This document shows positions 8,026 to 15,627 of a DNA stretch of 19,129 bases, in pieces. The translations under genes were made by a program, and so were the position numbers. The first letter of the stretch is position 1. Every line of letters starts with the position of its first letter. Source of the DNA: a virus. The notes beneath the pieces were generated by a model. The model was given only the letters and a program-made list of their open reading frames with translations, had not been told where the DNA came from and made no database searches. The stretch lies in the UHGV virus genome UHGV-0124847. One strand, written 5' to 3'.

Positions 8026-8184
8026 TTATTCGCATCGCATGACAACATCAAATTTTTCGAGATTACTTTGTCGCAACAATCCCTCTTCTACGCGGTCAGC
8101 TTTTCTATAATTATCAAATTCGAAATGTTTAATTACTTCTTTCGTTTCTCGCTCTATAACTTCAACGATGTATTTCTTATTCAT
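8026..8184 (-). CDS. Hypothetical small protein (52 aa, MNKKYIVEVIERETKEVIKHFEFDNYRKADRVEEGLLRQSNLEKFDVVMRCE)
   Basis: Hand-translated. Its ATG overlaps the stop of the upstream ORF (TAATG); same strand. Confidence 0.4.
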   Translation of the reverse strand: MNKKYIVEVIERETKEVIKHFEFDNYRKADRVEEGLLRQSNLEKFDVVMRCE

Positions 8185-8453
8185 TACTCATCACCTATGG
8201 CTTTTTTGATAGCTTCGCGAGCCTTATTAACAGCTCCATACCATTCTGGATATGTTGTCGTTGTTCTATTTTCGGATTGCTTAAGTAATAACTGAAGTGC
8301 TTCAAGTAAATCCGGTGCAGCCATAGCTAATCTTCCATTTGCTACGGCCTCTTCTGTTTCTTTACCGGATAGGGCCATTCCCGGGTGTGAAAATAAAATT
8401 AAGCCTGCAAAATTGGCTTCTCGCCAATTTTTCCTAGTACCTTTAAATTCCAT
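8184..8453 (-). CDS. Hypothetical phage protein (89 aa)
   Basis: ORF in the early-left operon downstream of N, preceded by a terminator hairpin. Confidence 0.5.
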   Translation of the reverse strand: MEFKGTRKNWREANFAGLILFSHPGMALSGKETEEAVANGRLAMAAPDLLEALQLLLKQSENRTTTTYPEWYGAVNKAREAIKKAIGDE

Positions 8454-8472
8454 GTTAGCCTCTGTTGTTTAT

Positions 8473-8506
8473 GCCAAAAATAAAGGCCACCATCAGGCAG
8501 CCTTTT
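8473..8506 (-). terminator. Intrinsic terminator (minus strand)
   Basis: Minus-strand hairpin AAAGGCUGCC-UGAU-GGUGGCCUUU (two G.U wobbles) followed by AUUUUUGG; lies between two small ORFs. Confidence 0.5.
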
Positions 8507-8744
8507 TGTAAATGTTGCAGGTATCAAGTAAGTAATTAGATGGAGCGCCATAAATTATGAATTCATCGTTTGTCGGGTCCATCTCCATCTCTTGGCCTAT
8601 TGCCATTCTTGCGTCAGTGTCATCAGAGGCGAAGCATAAAACAGCCCACGCACCCATTGTTTTAAAAAGAACTGCAATTGGCTGTGGTTTTACTGAATTT
8701 GCGTTAGCGCGAAAATCATAAATCGCACTTTCATGAAATTCCAT
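8493..8744 (-). CDS. Hypothetical phage protein (83 aa)
   Basis: First ORF downstream of N on the same strand (8-nt gap). Confidence 0.5.
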   Translation of the reverse strand: MEFHESAIYDFRANANSVKPQPIAVLFKTMGAWAVLCFASDDTDARMAIGQEMEMDPTNDEFIIYGAPSNYLLDTCNIYKKAA

Positions 8745-8752
8745 ATATCACC

Positions 8753-9052
8753 TCAAATAAGTGGTTTGCTGCCTAATTTCATTTTCTGGCGACCAACACA
8801 AGTCACACCCATTTCACTGCGTGGCTTGCGGTAGTAAATACGATTCTGTTTACTCTCGACTTCTTCTGTCTTCTTGCAGCGAAGGCTTCCGAGTGATGCT
8901 GCTTTATCTGCTCTGACGCAACCAGAGAGCTTTAGCGCAATCTTTCGCGCCAGTCGCTGCTCTTGCATTGCCTGTTCACGTTGAGCCTGTCTGCGTGCTC
9001 TGCGGCGATTTCTGGCGTTATCGTCAGCCAGATATGTAATGACTACTGCCAT
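8753..9052 (-). CDS. N: N-type transcription antitermination protein
   Basis: 99-aa ORF with an N-terminal arginine-rich motif (NARNRRRARRQAQREQ). C-terminus (YYRKPRSEMGVTCVGRQKMKLGSKPLI) parallels the lambda N C-terminus (WYSKPGERGITCSGRQKIKGKSIPLI). GGAGG Shine-Dalgarno; nutL upstream. Confidence 0.85.
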   Translation of the reverse strand: MAVVITYLADDNARNRRRARRQAQREQAMQEQRLARKIALKLSGCVRADKAASLGSLRCKKTEEVESKQNRIYYRKPRSEMGVTCVGRQKMKLGSKPLI

Positions 9053-9159
9053 GTTGACCTCCGATGATTGACTTTGGCGGTGACGCGCCGGGTGCTTATC
9101 TTCCGGTTGCTGTCGTGCAGCTGCACTTCACGTCACCCCAAAGCCAACTACTCTTTGGT

Positions 9160-9200
9160 TCCCGCATTTCGGCGGGACAATCCCATCAATGTTAAAGAGC
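9160..9200 (-). promoter_or_regulatory. nutL (boxA GCTCTTTAAC plus boxB hairpin)
   Basis: Minus-strand read: GCTCTTTAACA, a 13-nt spacer, then the hairpin TCCCGC-CGAAAU-GCGGGA. The same boxA and boxB core recur on the plus strand after cro (nutR). Confidence 0.7.
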
Positions 9201-9246
9201 CTGCCAATCTGTTCCGTTTGGCTACCAGCGTCCTGCTGATGGCTAA

Positions 9247-9333
9247 AGAATACTGTAGGTATTTTATTGTGTAAATACCCAAGGTATTTATTTTTGGTGA
9301 AATAATGATAAGCAAATGAATACAAAGGATATT
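9247..9333 (-). promoter_or_regulatory. pL promoter with OL operator sites
   Basis: Minus strand: -35 TTTACA (plus coords 9270..9275), 17-bp spacer, -10 TATTCT (9247..9252). Operator-like dyads AATAC-N5-GTATT at 9249..9263 and 9274..9288, and a degenerate one at 9319..9333. Confidence 0.55.
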
Positions 9334-9419
9334 TATTTTTTCGGTGTCTGCTTGTTCAGTGCTTTTTATGCGGGATATGTGAAGTGGATCCCGATAGCTA
9401 TTGCTGCCGGGATTATGAG

Positions 9420-9809
9420 TTAGTCAGCGAAGGTTAAGACGAGAATTACCTTAATGATGTCTGCTACAACAGACACGGCCATAGATAAACCAAAGACGAT
9501 CCAAGCCATAGAGATGTCTTCACTACCATCGTATAGAGTTCCGTAATCACTGGTGTAAGGCGTAAATGTCGCGCCTTGATACAACAGGTATAAGCTTGAA
9601 CCATAGAGGATAAATGCAGATATCCCTTGTATTGCTATGATCACTAGAATCATGAAACGAGCTGATCTATGCGCCCAAGCCTGGCTTATTTTTTCTGATA
9701 GAGATTTCGCAATAAAAGCATGCGCTAAGCCGTAAATTGTCGAGATTGCCAACATCCCAAAAAAGCTTGCTATAGCGGTTCCAACCATAATCGCCCCTTG
9801 CGTGATCAA
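9420..9809 (-). CDS. Small integral membrane protein (129 aa, three predicted TM helices) co-transcribed with cI
   Basis: ORF start overlaps the cI stop (ATGA-type overlap). Three long hydrophobic segments. Occupies the position of rexA/rexB in lambda; no similarity to RexB in my reading. Confidence 0.65.
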   Translation of the reverse strand: MITQGAIMVGTAIASFFGMLAISTIYGLAHAFIAKSLSEKISQAWAHRSARFMILVIIAIQGISAFILYGSSLYLLYQGATFTPYTSDYGTLYDGSEDISMAWIVFGLSMAVSVVADIIKVILVLTFAD

Positions 9810-10522
9810 ACCAGCCTTAGTTTTGTCTCAATTGCAACGCCTATAATCTTGCAGTTTCCATTGATTGGCACGAGAGGCCATGCAGGATTAAGTCCCTTGA
9901 GGTATTTATTTCCGCCGTCGATTATCAGCTTCTTGAATGTTGCTTCGTTAGAGTCAGAAAGTTTTGCTATGACCAAGCTGCCGTTGATCGCCTCCCTTCC
10001 GGTATCGAAAAGAACGAATGTTCCCTCTGGAATGCTTAACCCAACCGGTGCCGTCATTGAATCACCTTCCACTTTAAGCCAAAACGCATTACCTTGAATA
10101 TGCGCGTCAGACTCAAGCCAAACATCTATGTCTTTAATGGTGTATGGTTCGCATGCTTCACACCACGAGCCAGCCTGGATACTGCTTAACACCGGATACC
10201 TCTTTCCTGCTCTGTATTCCCCTGCATACCTTACGTTGGCATCGCTCTTAAGGCTTTCTGCCTGTTCTGCAACCTTGGCAGCAATTGACTGGCTAAAATC
10301 AGCAATTGAGACTTGCAACAATCGTGCAAAACCAGATGCAACCTCAACGTTTAGCGCGTTTCTGCCATTAAGATAATGCCCTACCGCTCCTTGGGTGATA
10401 CCCAGTTCATCAGCGATTGAGTATTGGGTTATTCCCAATTCTTTCTTTTTTGACTCATACAAAGCCTTAAGCCGCTTAGCGTCTTCGAGCTGTTCTGTCG
10501 TCAGTGATTTTTTATTTTCCAT
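9806..10522 (-). CDS. cI: CI-type prophage repressor (HTH plus LexA-like S24 autocleavage domain)
   Basis: 238-aa ORF. N-terminal HTH (LGITQYSIADELGITQGAVGHYLNG) follows the lambda CI pattern; C-terminal S24 peptidase motifs (GDSM...FKKL). Divergent from cro across the operator region. Confidence 0.9.
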   Translation of the reverse strand: MENKKSLTTEQLEDAKRLKALYESKKKELGITQYSIADELGITQGAVGHYLNGRNALNVEVASGFARLLQVSIADFSQSIAAKVAEQAESLKSDANVRYAGEYRAGKRYPVLSSIQAGSWCEACEPYTIKDIDVWLESDAHIQGNAFWLKVEGDSMTAPVGLSIPEGTFVLFDTGREAINGSLVIAKLSDSNEATFKKLIIDGGNKYLKGLNPAWPLVPINGNCKIIGVAIETKLRLV

Positions 10523-10528
10523 AGCTTA

Positions 10529-10599
10529 ATTCTAATAGCTAAGGTACTTAAACTAAAAATACCCTGAGTATTGATTGTTTTGAATACCTGTAGTATTCT
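10529..10599. promoter_or_regulatory. OR operator region with divergent pRM and pR promoters
   Basis: Three 15-bp dyads AATAC-N5-GTATT at 10534..10548, 10558..10572 and 10583..10597 (24-25 bp centre spacing). pR: -35 TTGATT 10571..10576 and -10 TATTCT 10594..10599. pRM on minus: -10 TAGAAT (10529..10534) ending 6 nt before the cI ATG, which implies a leaderless cI mRNA. Confidence 0.6.
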
Positions 10600-10628
10600 T
10601 TATTCATGGTTAATAACGGAGAGTGCAT

Positions 10629-10823
10629 ATGATTCGAATGACACTTGCCGATTACGCCAAAATCCATGGACAGGCTAAAGCAGCCAGTGACTTTGGTGTA
10701 ATCCAGTGCGCTATCAGCAAGGCCATTCTGGCAGGCCGTAACATCATGGTTACGGTAAAGCCTGATGGCAGTGTGATTGGAGAGGAAGTTCGTCCTTTCC
10801 CAAGCAACAAGAAAAACAAATAG
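10629..10823 (+). CDS. cro: Cro repressor
   Basis: The protein parallels lambda Cro throughout ([29 protein letters not shown]...PDGSV..EEV.PFPSNKK). Start placed at the ATG 7 nt after GGAGAG; the track ORF begins two codons earlier at GTG. Confidence 0.85.
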   Translation: MIRMTLADYAKIHGQAKAASDFGVIQCAISKAILAGRNIMVTVKPDGSVIGEEVRPFPSNKKNK

Positions 10824-10829
10824 TAACAC

Positions 10830-10875
10830 CGCTCTTTAACAGTCATGGTCCTCATTCCCGCCGAAATGCGGGAAT
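10830..10875 (+). promoter_or_regulatory. nutR (boxA CGCTCTTTAAC plus boxB hairpin)
   Basis: boxA directly after the cro stop; boxB is ATTCCCGC-CGAAAU-GCGGGAAT at 10854..10875. Core identical to nutL. Confidence 0.7.
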
Positions 10876-10931
10876 ACAACGCGCATAAGTTGATGCGCAT
10901 AACTTCTTATTAGTTAAGGAAATACTTACAT

Positions 10932-11210
10932 ATGCAACTTACAAGTACTCGCAAGAAAGCGAATGCAATTACAAGCAACATCATGAATCGAATTGCTGTA
11001 CGTGGTCAGCGAAAGGTTGCCGACGCGTTAGGGATTAATGAATCGCAAATTTCGCGATGGAAAGACAGCTTTATCCCAAAGATGGCCATGCTTCTGGCTG
11101 TTCTTGAATGGGGTGTTGAAGACGAGGAGTTGGCGGAACTGGCTAAGAAAGTAGCCAGAATGCTGACAAAAGAAAAAGCCCCGAAGAACGGCGAATTCTT
11201 CGAGGCCTGA
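10932..11210 (+). CDS. cII: CII transcriptional activator
   Basis: 92-aa ORF matching lambda CII across the HTH and tetramerisation region (KSQISRWK...IPK.SMLLAVLEWGV). Confidence 0.9.
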   Translation: MQLTSTRKKANAITSNIMNRIAVRGQRKVADALGINESQISRWKDSFIPKMAMLLAVLEWGVEDEELAELAKKVARMLTKEKAPKNGEFFEA

Positions 11211-11244
11211 TGTAGAAAGACTGGATCAATCCACAGGAGTAATT

Positions 11245-11406
11245 ATGACAAAACGTCGTAAGAAATACCAGGAAAAAGAAGAGATTCGACACCCTGATTC
11301 ACCTGAGGGATTAGTGGTAGCCGCAGCAAATAACAGGGCGTTCGCAGAGCGCCTTGTTGGTGTTTACAGACTAGCCAAAGCAGGAGTGAAACATGGGCGT
11401 CGTTAA
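11245..11406 (+). CDS. Hypothetical small basic protein (53 aa, [53 protein letters not shown])
   Basis: Hand-translated. AGGAG Shine-Dalgarno 5 nt upstream; its 3' end overlaps the start of the O-like gene. Confidence 0.4.
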   Translation: MTKRRKKYQEKEEIRHPDSPEGLVVAAANNRAFAERLVGVYRLAKAGVKHGRR

Positions 11407-12214
11407 GTTAGCTGATTACAGGCCTCAACTGGAGGTCGTGGAGCATCGCGTGGCAGATACCGAAGATGGTTTCATGCGCGTTGCTAACGAGATTACCGAC
11501 GGTCTGCTGATGGCTGATTTAACCGTCCGGCAGTTGAAGGTGATGCTCGCTATCATGCGCAAGACATACGGATTCAATAAGCCGATGGATCGACTCACAA
11601 ACACGCAGATAGCAGCCATGACAGGTATTCATCACACTCATGTTTGCGCTGCCAAGCGCCAGCTTATTGAGCGTAAATTCCTCATTGCTGATGGCGTGAA
11701 AATCGGAGTGAACAAGGTGGTTTCGCAGTGGATTAGCCAGGACAGCTTAACATTAGCTAAAACAGCTAATAAAACATTAGCCAAGTCGGCTAATGGGTAT
11801 AAGCCAAGTCAGCTAAACACAAAAGACAATATACAAAAGACAATAAATACAAATACCCCCTTACCCCCTAACGGGGGTGGCGATGGGCAGGTTAAACCTG
11901 AACGTCGCAAGGCGGAACGAATCGACTACGAATCCTTCCTGAACGCCTACAACACCGAAGTCGGTGACAGACTGCCACACGCTGTTGCGGTCAACGAGAA
12001 ACGCAAACGCCGCCTGAAGAAAATCATCCCGCAACTGAAAACGCCAAACGTGGACGGTTTCAGAGCGTATGTCAGGGCGTTTGTGCATCAGGCCAAGCCG
12101 TTTTACTTCGGAGACAACGACACGGGCTGGACGGCTGATTTTGATTACCTGCTGAGAGAAGACTCGTTAACGGGAGTTCGGGAAGGGAAGTTTGCAGACA
12201 GGGGGATTGCATGA
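11393..12214 (+). CDS. O: Replication initiator (phage O-like, replisome-organizer N-terminal domain)
   Basis: 273-aa ORF. N-terminal region ([55 protein letters not shown]) is typical of phage replication protein O N-terminal DNA-binding domains. The coding sequence contains an iteron array. Confidence 0.85.
   Translation: MGVVKLADYRPQLEVVEHRVADTEDGFMRVANEITDGLLMADLTVRQLKVMLAIMRKTYGFNKPMDRLTNTQIAAMTGIHHTHVCAAKRQLIERKFLIADGVKIGVNKVVSQWISQDSLTLAKTANKTLAKSANGYKPSQLNTKDNIQKTINTNTPLPPNGGGDGQVKPERRKAERIDYESFLNAYNTEVGDRLPHAVAVNEKRKRRLKKIIPQLKTPNVDGFRAYVRAFVHQAKPFYFGDNDTGWTADFDYLLREDSLTGVREGKFADRGIA
11733..11880. other. Putative replication origin inside the initiator gene: dyad iterons, A-rich tract, GC palindrome
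   Basis: Repeated about 17-bp dyads: TTAGCT-aaaac-AGCTAA (11753..11769), TTAGCC-aagtc-GGCTAA (11777..11793), taAGCC-aagtc-AGCTAA (11800..11816) at 23-24 bp spacing. Then an A-rich stretch (11817..11860) and CCCCCttaccccctaacGGGGG. Confidence 0.6.
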
Positions 12215-13587
12215 GACAGGATATCGAAGCGAGCGTTATCGGTGGCCTGCTGATTGGTGGATTAACTCCAACTGCCAGCGACGTTCTGGCAACGCTGGAG
12301 CCGGAAGCGTTTTCAATTCCGCTCTACAGGAAAGCCTTCGAGGTTATCCGCAAGCAGGCGAGAAACAGAAACCTAATCGATGCGCTGATGGTTGCCGAGG
12401 CGTGCGGAGAGGAGCATTTCACCTCAATCCTGATGACCAGCAAAAACTGCCCGAGTGCCGCAAACCTGAAGGGATATGCCGGAATGGTCGCGGATAACTA
12501 TCACCGCCGTCTGGTGCTGGAAATCATGGATGAAATGCGTGAACCAATTCAGAGCGGAACCATCGACGTATCGAGTCAGGCGATGGATGAACTTGTAAAG
12601 CGTCTTTCAGTCATCAGAAAGCCACGTGACGAGGTAAAACCTGTACGGTTAGGGGAAATCATCACCGACTACACTGACACGCTTGACAGGCGTCTGAGGA
12701 ACGGAGAAGAGTCAGATACCCTGAAGACCGGAATCGAAGAACTTGATGCCATCACCGGAGGGATGAACGCAGAAGACCTGGTGATTATCGCCGCTCGTCC
12801 TGGTATGGGGAAAACCGAACTGGCGCTGAAGATTGCCGAAGGTGTGGCAAGCCGCGTTATTCCTGGTTCTGACGTCCGGCGCGGGGTATTGATTTTCTCA
12901 ATGGAAATGAGCGCATTGCAGATTGCAGAGCGAAGCATTGCCAACGCCGGGAGGATGTCGGTTAGCGTACTGCGAAATCCTGCATCGATGGATGACGAGG
13001 GCTGGGCACGTGTTGCTAACGGCATGAGTCAGCTTGCAGATTTGGATGTATGGGTAGTCGATGCTTCGCGGTTATCGGTCGAAGAAATACGCTCAATCGC
13101 AGAACGGCATAAGCAGGAAAATCCAAACCTGTCACTCATCATGGCGGATTATCTTGGCCTGATTGAGAAGCCGAAAGCAGACCGCAACGACCTCGCAATT
13201 GCTCACATCTCCAGAAGCCTGAAGGCGATGGCGAAAGACCTGAAAACACCGGTTATCTCCCTGAGTCAGCTTTCGCGCGATGTTGAGAAGCGACCAAACA
13301 AACGCCCGACAAACGCAGATTTGCGTGATTCAGGAAGCATTGAACAGGACGCAGACTCAATCATCATGCTCTATCGGGAAGCGGTATATGATGAGAACAG
13401 TAGCGCCGCGCCATTTGCTGAAATCATCGTGACGAAAAACCGTTTTGGCTCGCTTGGTACAGTTTACCAGCGGTTCTGCAACGGACACTTTGTTGCATGT
13501 GACCAGGATGAAGCCAGACAGATTTGCACAGCATCAAATGCACCTGCTGCGCGTGGCAGACGATATGCACAAGGGGCTGACGTATGA
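12211..13587 (+). CDS. Replicative DNA helicase, DnaB family
   Basis: 458-aa ORF with Walker A ([15 protein letters not shown]), Walker B-like ([10 protein letters not shown]) and a DnaB C-terminal region ([17 protein letters not shown]...[20 protein letters not shown]). Start overlaps the O stop. Confidence 0.9.
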   Translation: MRQDIEASVIGGLLIGGLTPTASDVLATLEPEAFSIPLYRKAFEVIRKQARNRNLIDALMVAEACGEEHFTSILMTSKNCPSAANLKGYAGMVADNYHRRLVLEIMDEMREPIQSGTIDVSSQAMDELVKRLSVIRKPRDEVKPVRLGEIITDYTDTLDRRLRNGEESDTLKTGIEELDAITGGMNAEDLVIIAARPGMGKTELALKIAEGVASRVIPGSDVRRGVLIFSMEMSALQIAERSIANAGRMSVSVLRNPASMDDEGWARVANGMSQLADLDVWVVDASRLSVEEIRSIAERHKQENPNLSLIMADYLGLIEKPKADRNDLAIAHISRSLKAMAKDLKTPVISLSQLSRDVEKRPNKRPTNADLRDSGSIEQDADSIIMLYREAVYDENSSAAPFAEIIVTKNRFGSLGTVYQRFCNGHFVACDQDEARQICTASNAPAARGRRYAQGADV

Positions 13588-13664
13588 CCATCTACATCAC
13601 TGAGCTAATAACAGGCCTGCTGGTAATCGCAGGCCTTTTTATTTGGGGGAGAGGGAAGTCATGA
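13584..13664 (+). CDS. Possible 26-aa hydrophobic micropeptide ([26 protein letters not shown])
   Basis: ATG overlaps the helicase stop (GTATGA) and its stop overlaps the ninB ATG (TCATGA). Single hydrophobic helix. The same span forms a terminator hairpin, so coding status is uncertain. Confidence 0.3.
   Translation: MTIYITELITGLLVIAGLFIWGRGKS
13613..13645 (+). terminator. Intrinsic terminator-like hairpin between the helicase and ninB
   Basis: AGGCCTGC-tggtaatc-GCAGGCCT perfect 8-bp stem followed by TTTTTATTT. Confidence 0.5.
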
Positions 13665-14101
13665 AAAAACTAACCTTTGAAATTCGATCTCCAGCACATC
13701 AGAAAAACGCTATTCACGCAGTACAGCAAATTCTTCCAGACCCAACCAAACCAATCGTAGTAACCATTCAGGAACGCAACCGCAGCTTAGACCAAAACCG
13801 AAAGCTTTGGGCTTGCCTTGGTGACGTCTCTCGTCAGGTTGAATGGCATGGTCGCTGGCTGGATGCAGAAAGCTGGAAGTGTGTGTTTACCGCAGCATTA
13901 AAGCAGCAGGACGTTGTTCCTAACCTTGCCGGGAATGGCTTTGTGGTAATAGGCCAGTCAACCAGCAGGATGCGTGTAAGCGAATTTGCGGAGCTATTAG
14001 AGCTTATACAGGCATTCGGTACAGAGCGTGGCGTTAAGTGGTCAGACGAAGCGCGACTGGCTCTGGAGTGGAAAGCGAGATGGGGAGACAGGGCTGCATG
14101 A
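13661..14101 (+). CDS. ninB: NinB (Orf-family recombination mediator)
   Basis: The protein from [68 protein letters not shown] matches lambda NinB as I recall it. The track ORF starts at an upstream TTG; the ATG at 13661 is preferred. Confidence 0.9.
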   Translation: MKKLTFEIRSPAHQKNAIHAVQQILPDPTKPIVVTIQERNRSLDQNRKLWACLGDVSRQVEWHGRWLDAESWKCVFTAALKQQDVVPNLAGNGFVVIGQSTSRMRVSEFAELLELIQAFGTERGVKWSDEARLALEWKARWGDRAA

Positions 14102-14970
14102 TAAATGTCGTTAGTTTCTCCGGTGGCAGGACGTCAGCATATTTGCTCTGGCTAATGGAGCAAAAGCGTCGGGCAGGTAAAGACGTGCATTACGTTTTCA
14201 TGGATACAGGTTGTGAACATCCAATGACATATCGGTTTGTCAGGGAAGTTGTGAAGTTCTGGGATATACCGCTCACCGTATTGCAGGTTGATATCAACCC
14301 GGAGCTTGGACAGCCAAATGGTTATACGGTATGGGAACCAAAGGATATTCAGACGCGAATGCCTGTTCTGAAGCCATTTATCGATATGGTAAAGAAATAT
14401 GGCACTCCATACGTCGGCGGCGCGTTCTGCACTGACAGATTAAAACTCGTTCCCTTCACCAAATACTGTAATGACCATTTCGGGCGAGGGAATTACACCA
14501 CGTGGATTGGCATCAGAGCTGATGAACCGAAGCGGCTAAAGCCAAAGCCTGGAATCAGATATCTTGCTGAACTGTCAGACTTTGAGAAGGAAGATATCCT
14601 CGCATGGTGGAAGCAACAACCATTCGATTTGCAAATACCGGAACATCTCGGTAACTGCATATTCTGCATTAAAAAATCAACGCAAAAAATCGGACTTGCC
14701 TGCAAAGATGAGGAGGGATTGCAGCGTGTTTTTAATGAGGTCATCACGGGATCCCATGTGCGTGACGGACATCGGGAAACGCCAAAGGAGATTATGTACC
14801 GAGGAAGAATGTCGCTGGACGGTATCGCGAAAATGTATTCAGAAAATGATTATCAAGCCCTGTATCAGGACATGGTACGAGCTAAAAGATTCGATACCGG
14901 CTCTTGTTCTGAGTCATGCGAAATATTTGGAGGGCAGCTTGATTTCGACTTCGGGAGGGAAGCTGCATGA
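14098..14970 (+). CDS. ninC: NinC-like protein, PAPS-reductase/PP-loop ATPase superfamily
   Basis: 290 aa from the ATG overlapping the ninB stop. N-terminal PP-loop motif ([12 protein letters not shown]) typical of PAPS reductase-like enzymes. Position after ninB and the 290-aa length match lambda ninC. Confidence 0.75.
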   Translation: MINVVSFSGGRTSAYLLWLMEQKRRAGKDVHYVFMDTGCEHPMTYRFVREVVKFWDIPLTVLQVDINPELGQPNGYTVWEPKDIQTRMPVLKPFIDMVKKYGTPYVGGAFCTDRLKLVPFTKYCNDHFGRGNYTTWIGIRADEPKRLKPKPGIRYLAELSDFEKEDILAWWKQQPFDLQIPEHLGNCIFCIKKSTQKIGLACKDEEGLQRVFNEVITGSHVRDGHRETPKEIMYRGRMSLDGIAKMYSENDYQALYQDMVRAKRFDTGSCSESCEIFGGQLDFDFGREAA

Positions 14971-15218
14971 TGCGATGTTATCGGTGCGGTGAATGCAAAG
15001 AAGATAACCGCTTCCGACCAAATCAACCTTACTGGAATCGATGGTGTCTCCGGTGTGAAAGAACACCAACAGGGGTGTTACCACTACCGCAGGAAAAGGA
15101 GGACGTGTGGCGAGACAGCGACGAAGTTTCACCGACATCATCTGTGAAAACTGCAAATACCTTCCAACGAAACGCTCCAGAAATAAACGCAAGCCAATCC
15201 CAAAAGAATCTGACGTAA
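14967..15218 (+). CDS. NinD-like small Cys-rich protein (true 3' end uncertain)
   Basis: ORF starts on the ninC stop (ATGATG). CxxC pairs (CYRCGEC, CLRC) suggest a zinc ribbon. The last 113 nt overlap ninE in another frame, so the real protein may be shorter. Confidence 0.45.
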   Translation: MMRCYRCGECKEDNRFRPNQPYWNRWCLRCERTPTGVLPLPQEKEDVWRDSDEVSPTSSVKTANTFQRNAPEINASQSQKNLT

Positions 15219-15283
15219 AAACCTTCAACTACACGGCTCACCTGTGGGATATCCGGTGGCTAAGACATCGTGCGAGGAAATGA
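15107..15283 (+). CDS. ninE: NinE-like protein
   Basis: Hand-translated 58-aa ORF from GTG after AAGGAGG ([58 protein letters not shown]); resembles lambda NinE as I recall it. Stop overlaps the next start (ATGA). Confidence 0.65.
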   Translation: MARQRRSFTDIICENCKYLPTKRSRNKRKPIPKESDVKTFNYTAHLWDIRWLRHRARK

Positions 15284-15627
15284 CAATGGATTATTCACAG
15301 TTAAGTGATTTTGAAATTAACAGAATGGTAGGAGACATAATTTTTAAAGGACTTTGGGCATGTAAACCGGAAACGTCAGGGAATAACACCAACAAATGGT
15401 ATTACGGAAATGCTGATACAACTTTTGAGCCATTAAATCATTTGCCTGACTACTGCAATGATCCGAGCGCTTCATGGCCGATTATTGAGAAATACAGGAT
15501 TTCTATCTTAGACCAGTTAACTGAATGGTGTGTGGATGCAAAAGGCGTAAGCCCAATATTTGATACCAGACCTCTCCGCGCCGCCATGATTGTCTTTCTC
15601 CTGATGCAGGAGGCCAATAATGCTTAG
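15280..15627 (+). CDS. Hypothetical nin-region protein (115 aa from MTMDYSQ)
   Basis: ORF with ATGA overlap to the ninE stop. The track ORF extends upstream to a GTG at 15244, but that start lies inside ninE. Confidence 0.55.
   Translation: MTMDYSQLSDFEINRMVGDIIFKGLWACKPETSGNNTNKWYYGNADTTFEPLNHLPDYCNDPSASWPIIEKYRISILDQLTEWCVDAKGVSPIFDTRPLRAAMIVFLLMQEANNA

Noticed and set aside
9334-9420. Possible terminator after the membrane-protein gene (ATCCCG...CGGGAT dyad with 13-nt loop)
   Set aside because: Large loop and no U-run on either strand; not convincing as an intrinsic terminator.
10548-10900. Minus-strand ORFs of 93 and 82 aa overlapping cro and nutR
   Set aside because: Antisense to cro and running through operator and nut elements; no promoter or ribosome-binding support.
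12192-13025. ORFs of 101 aa (plus) and 118 aa (minus) inside the helicase gene
   Set aside because: Alternative-frame and antisense ORFs within a gene carrying clear DnaB motifs.
14493-14992. ORFs of 84 aa (minus) and 142 aa (plus) within ninC
   Set aside because: Overlapping alternative frames of a well-supported gene; no independent start signals.
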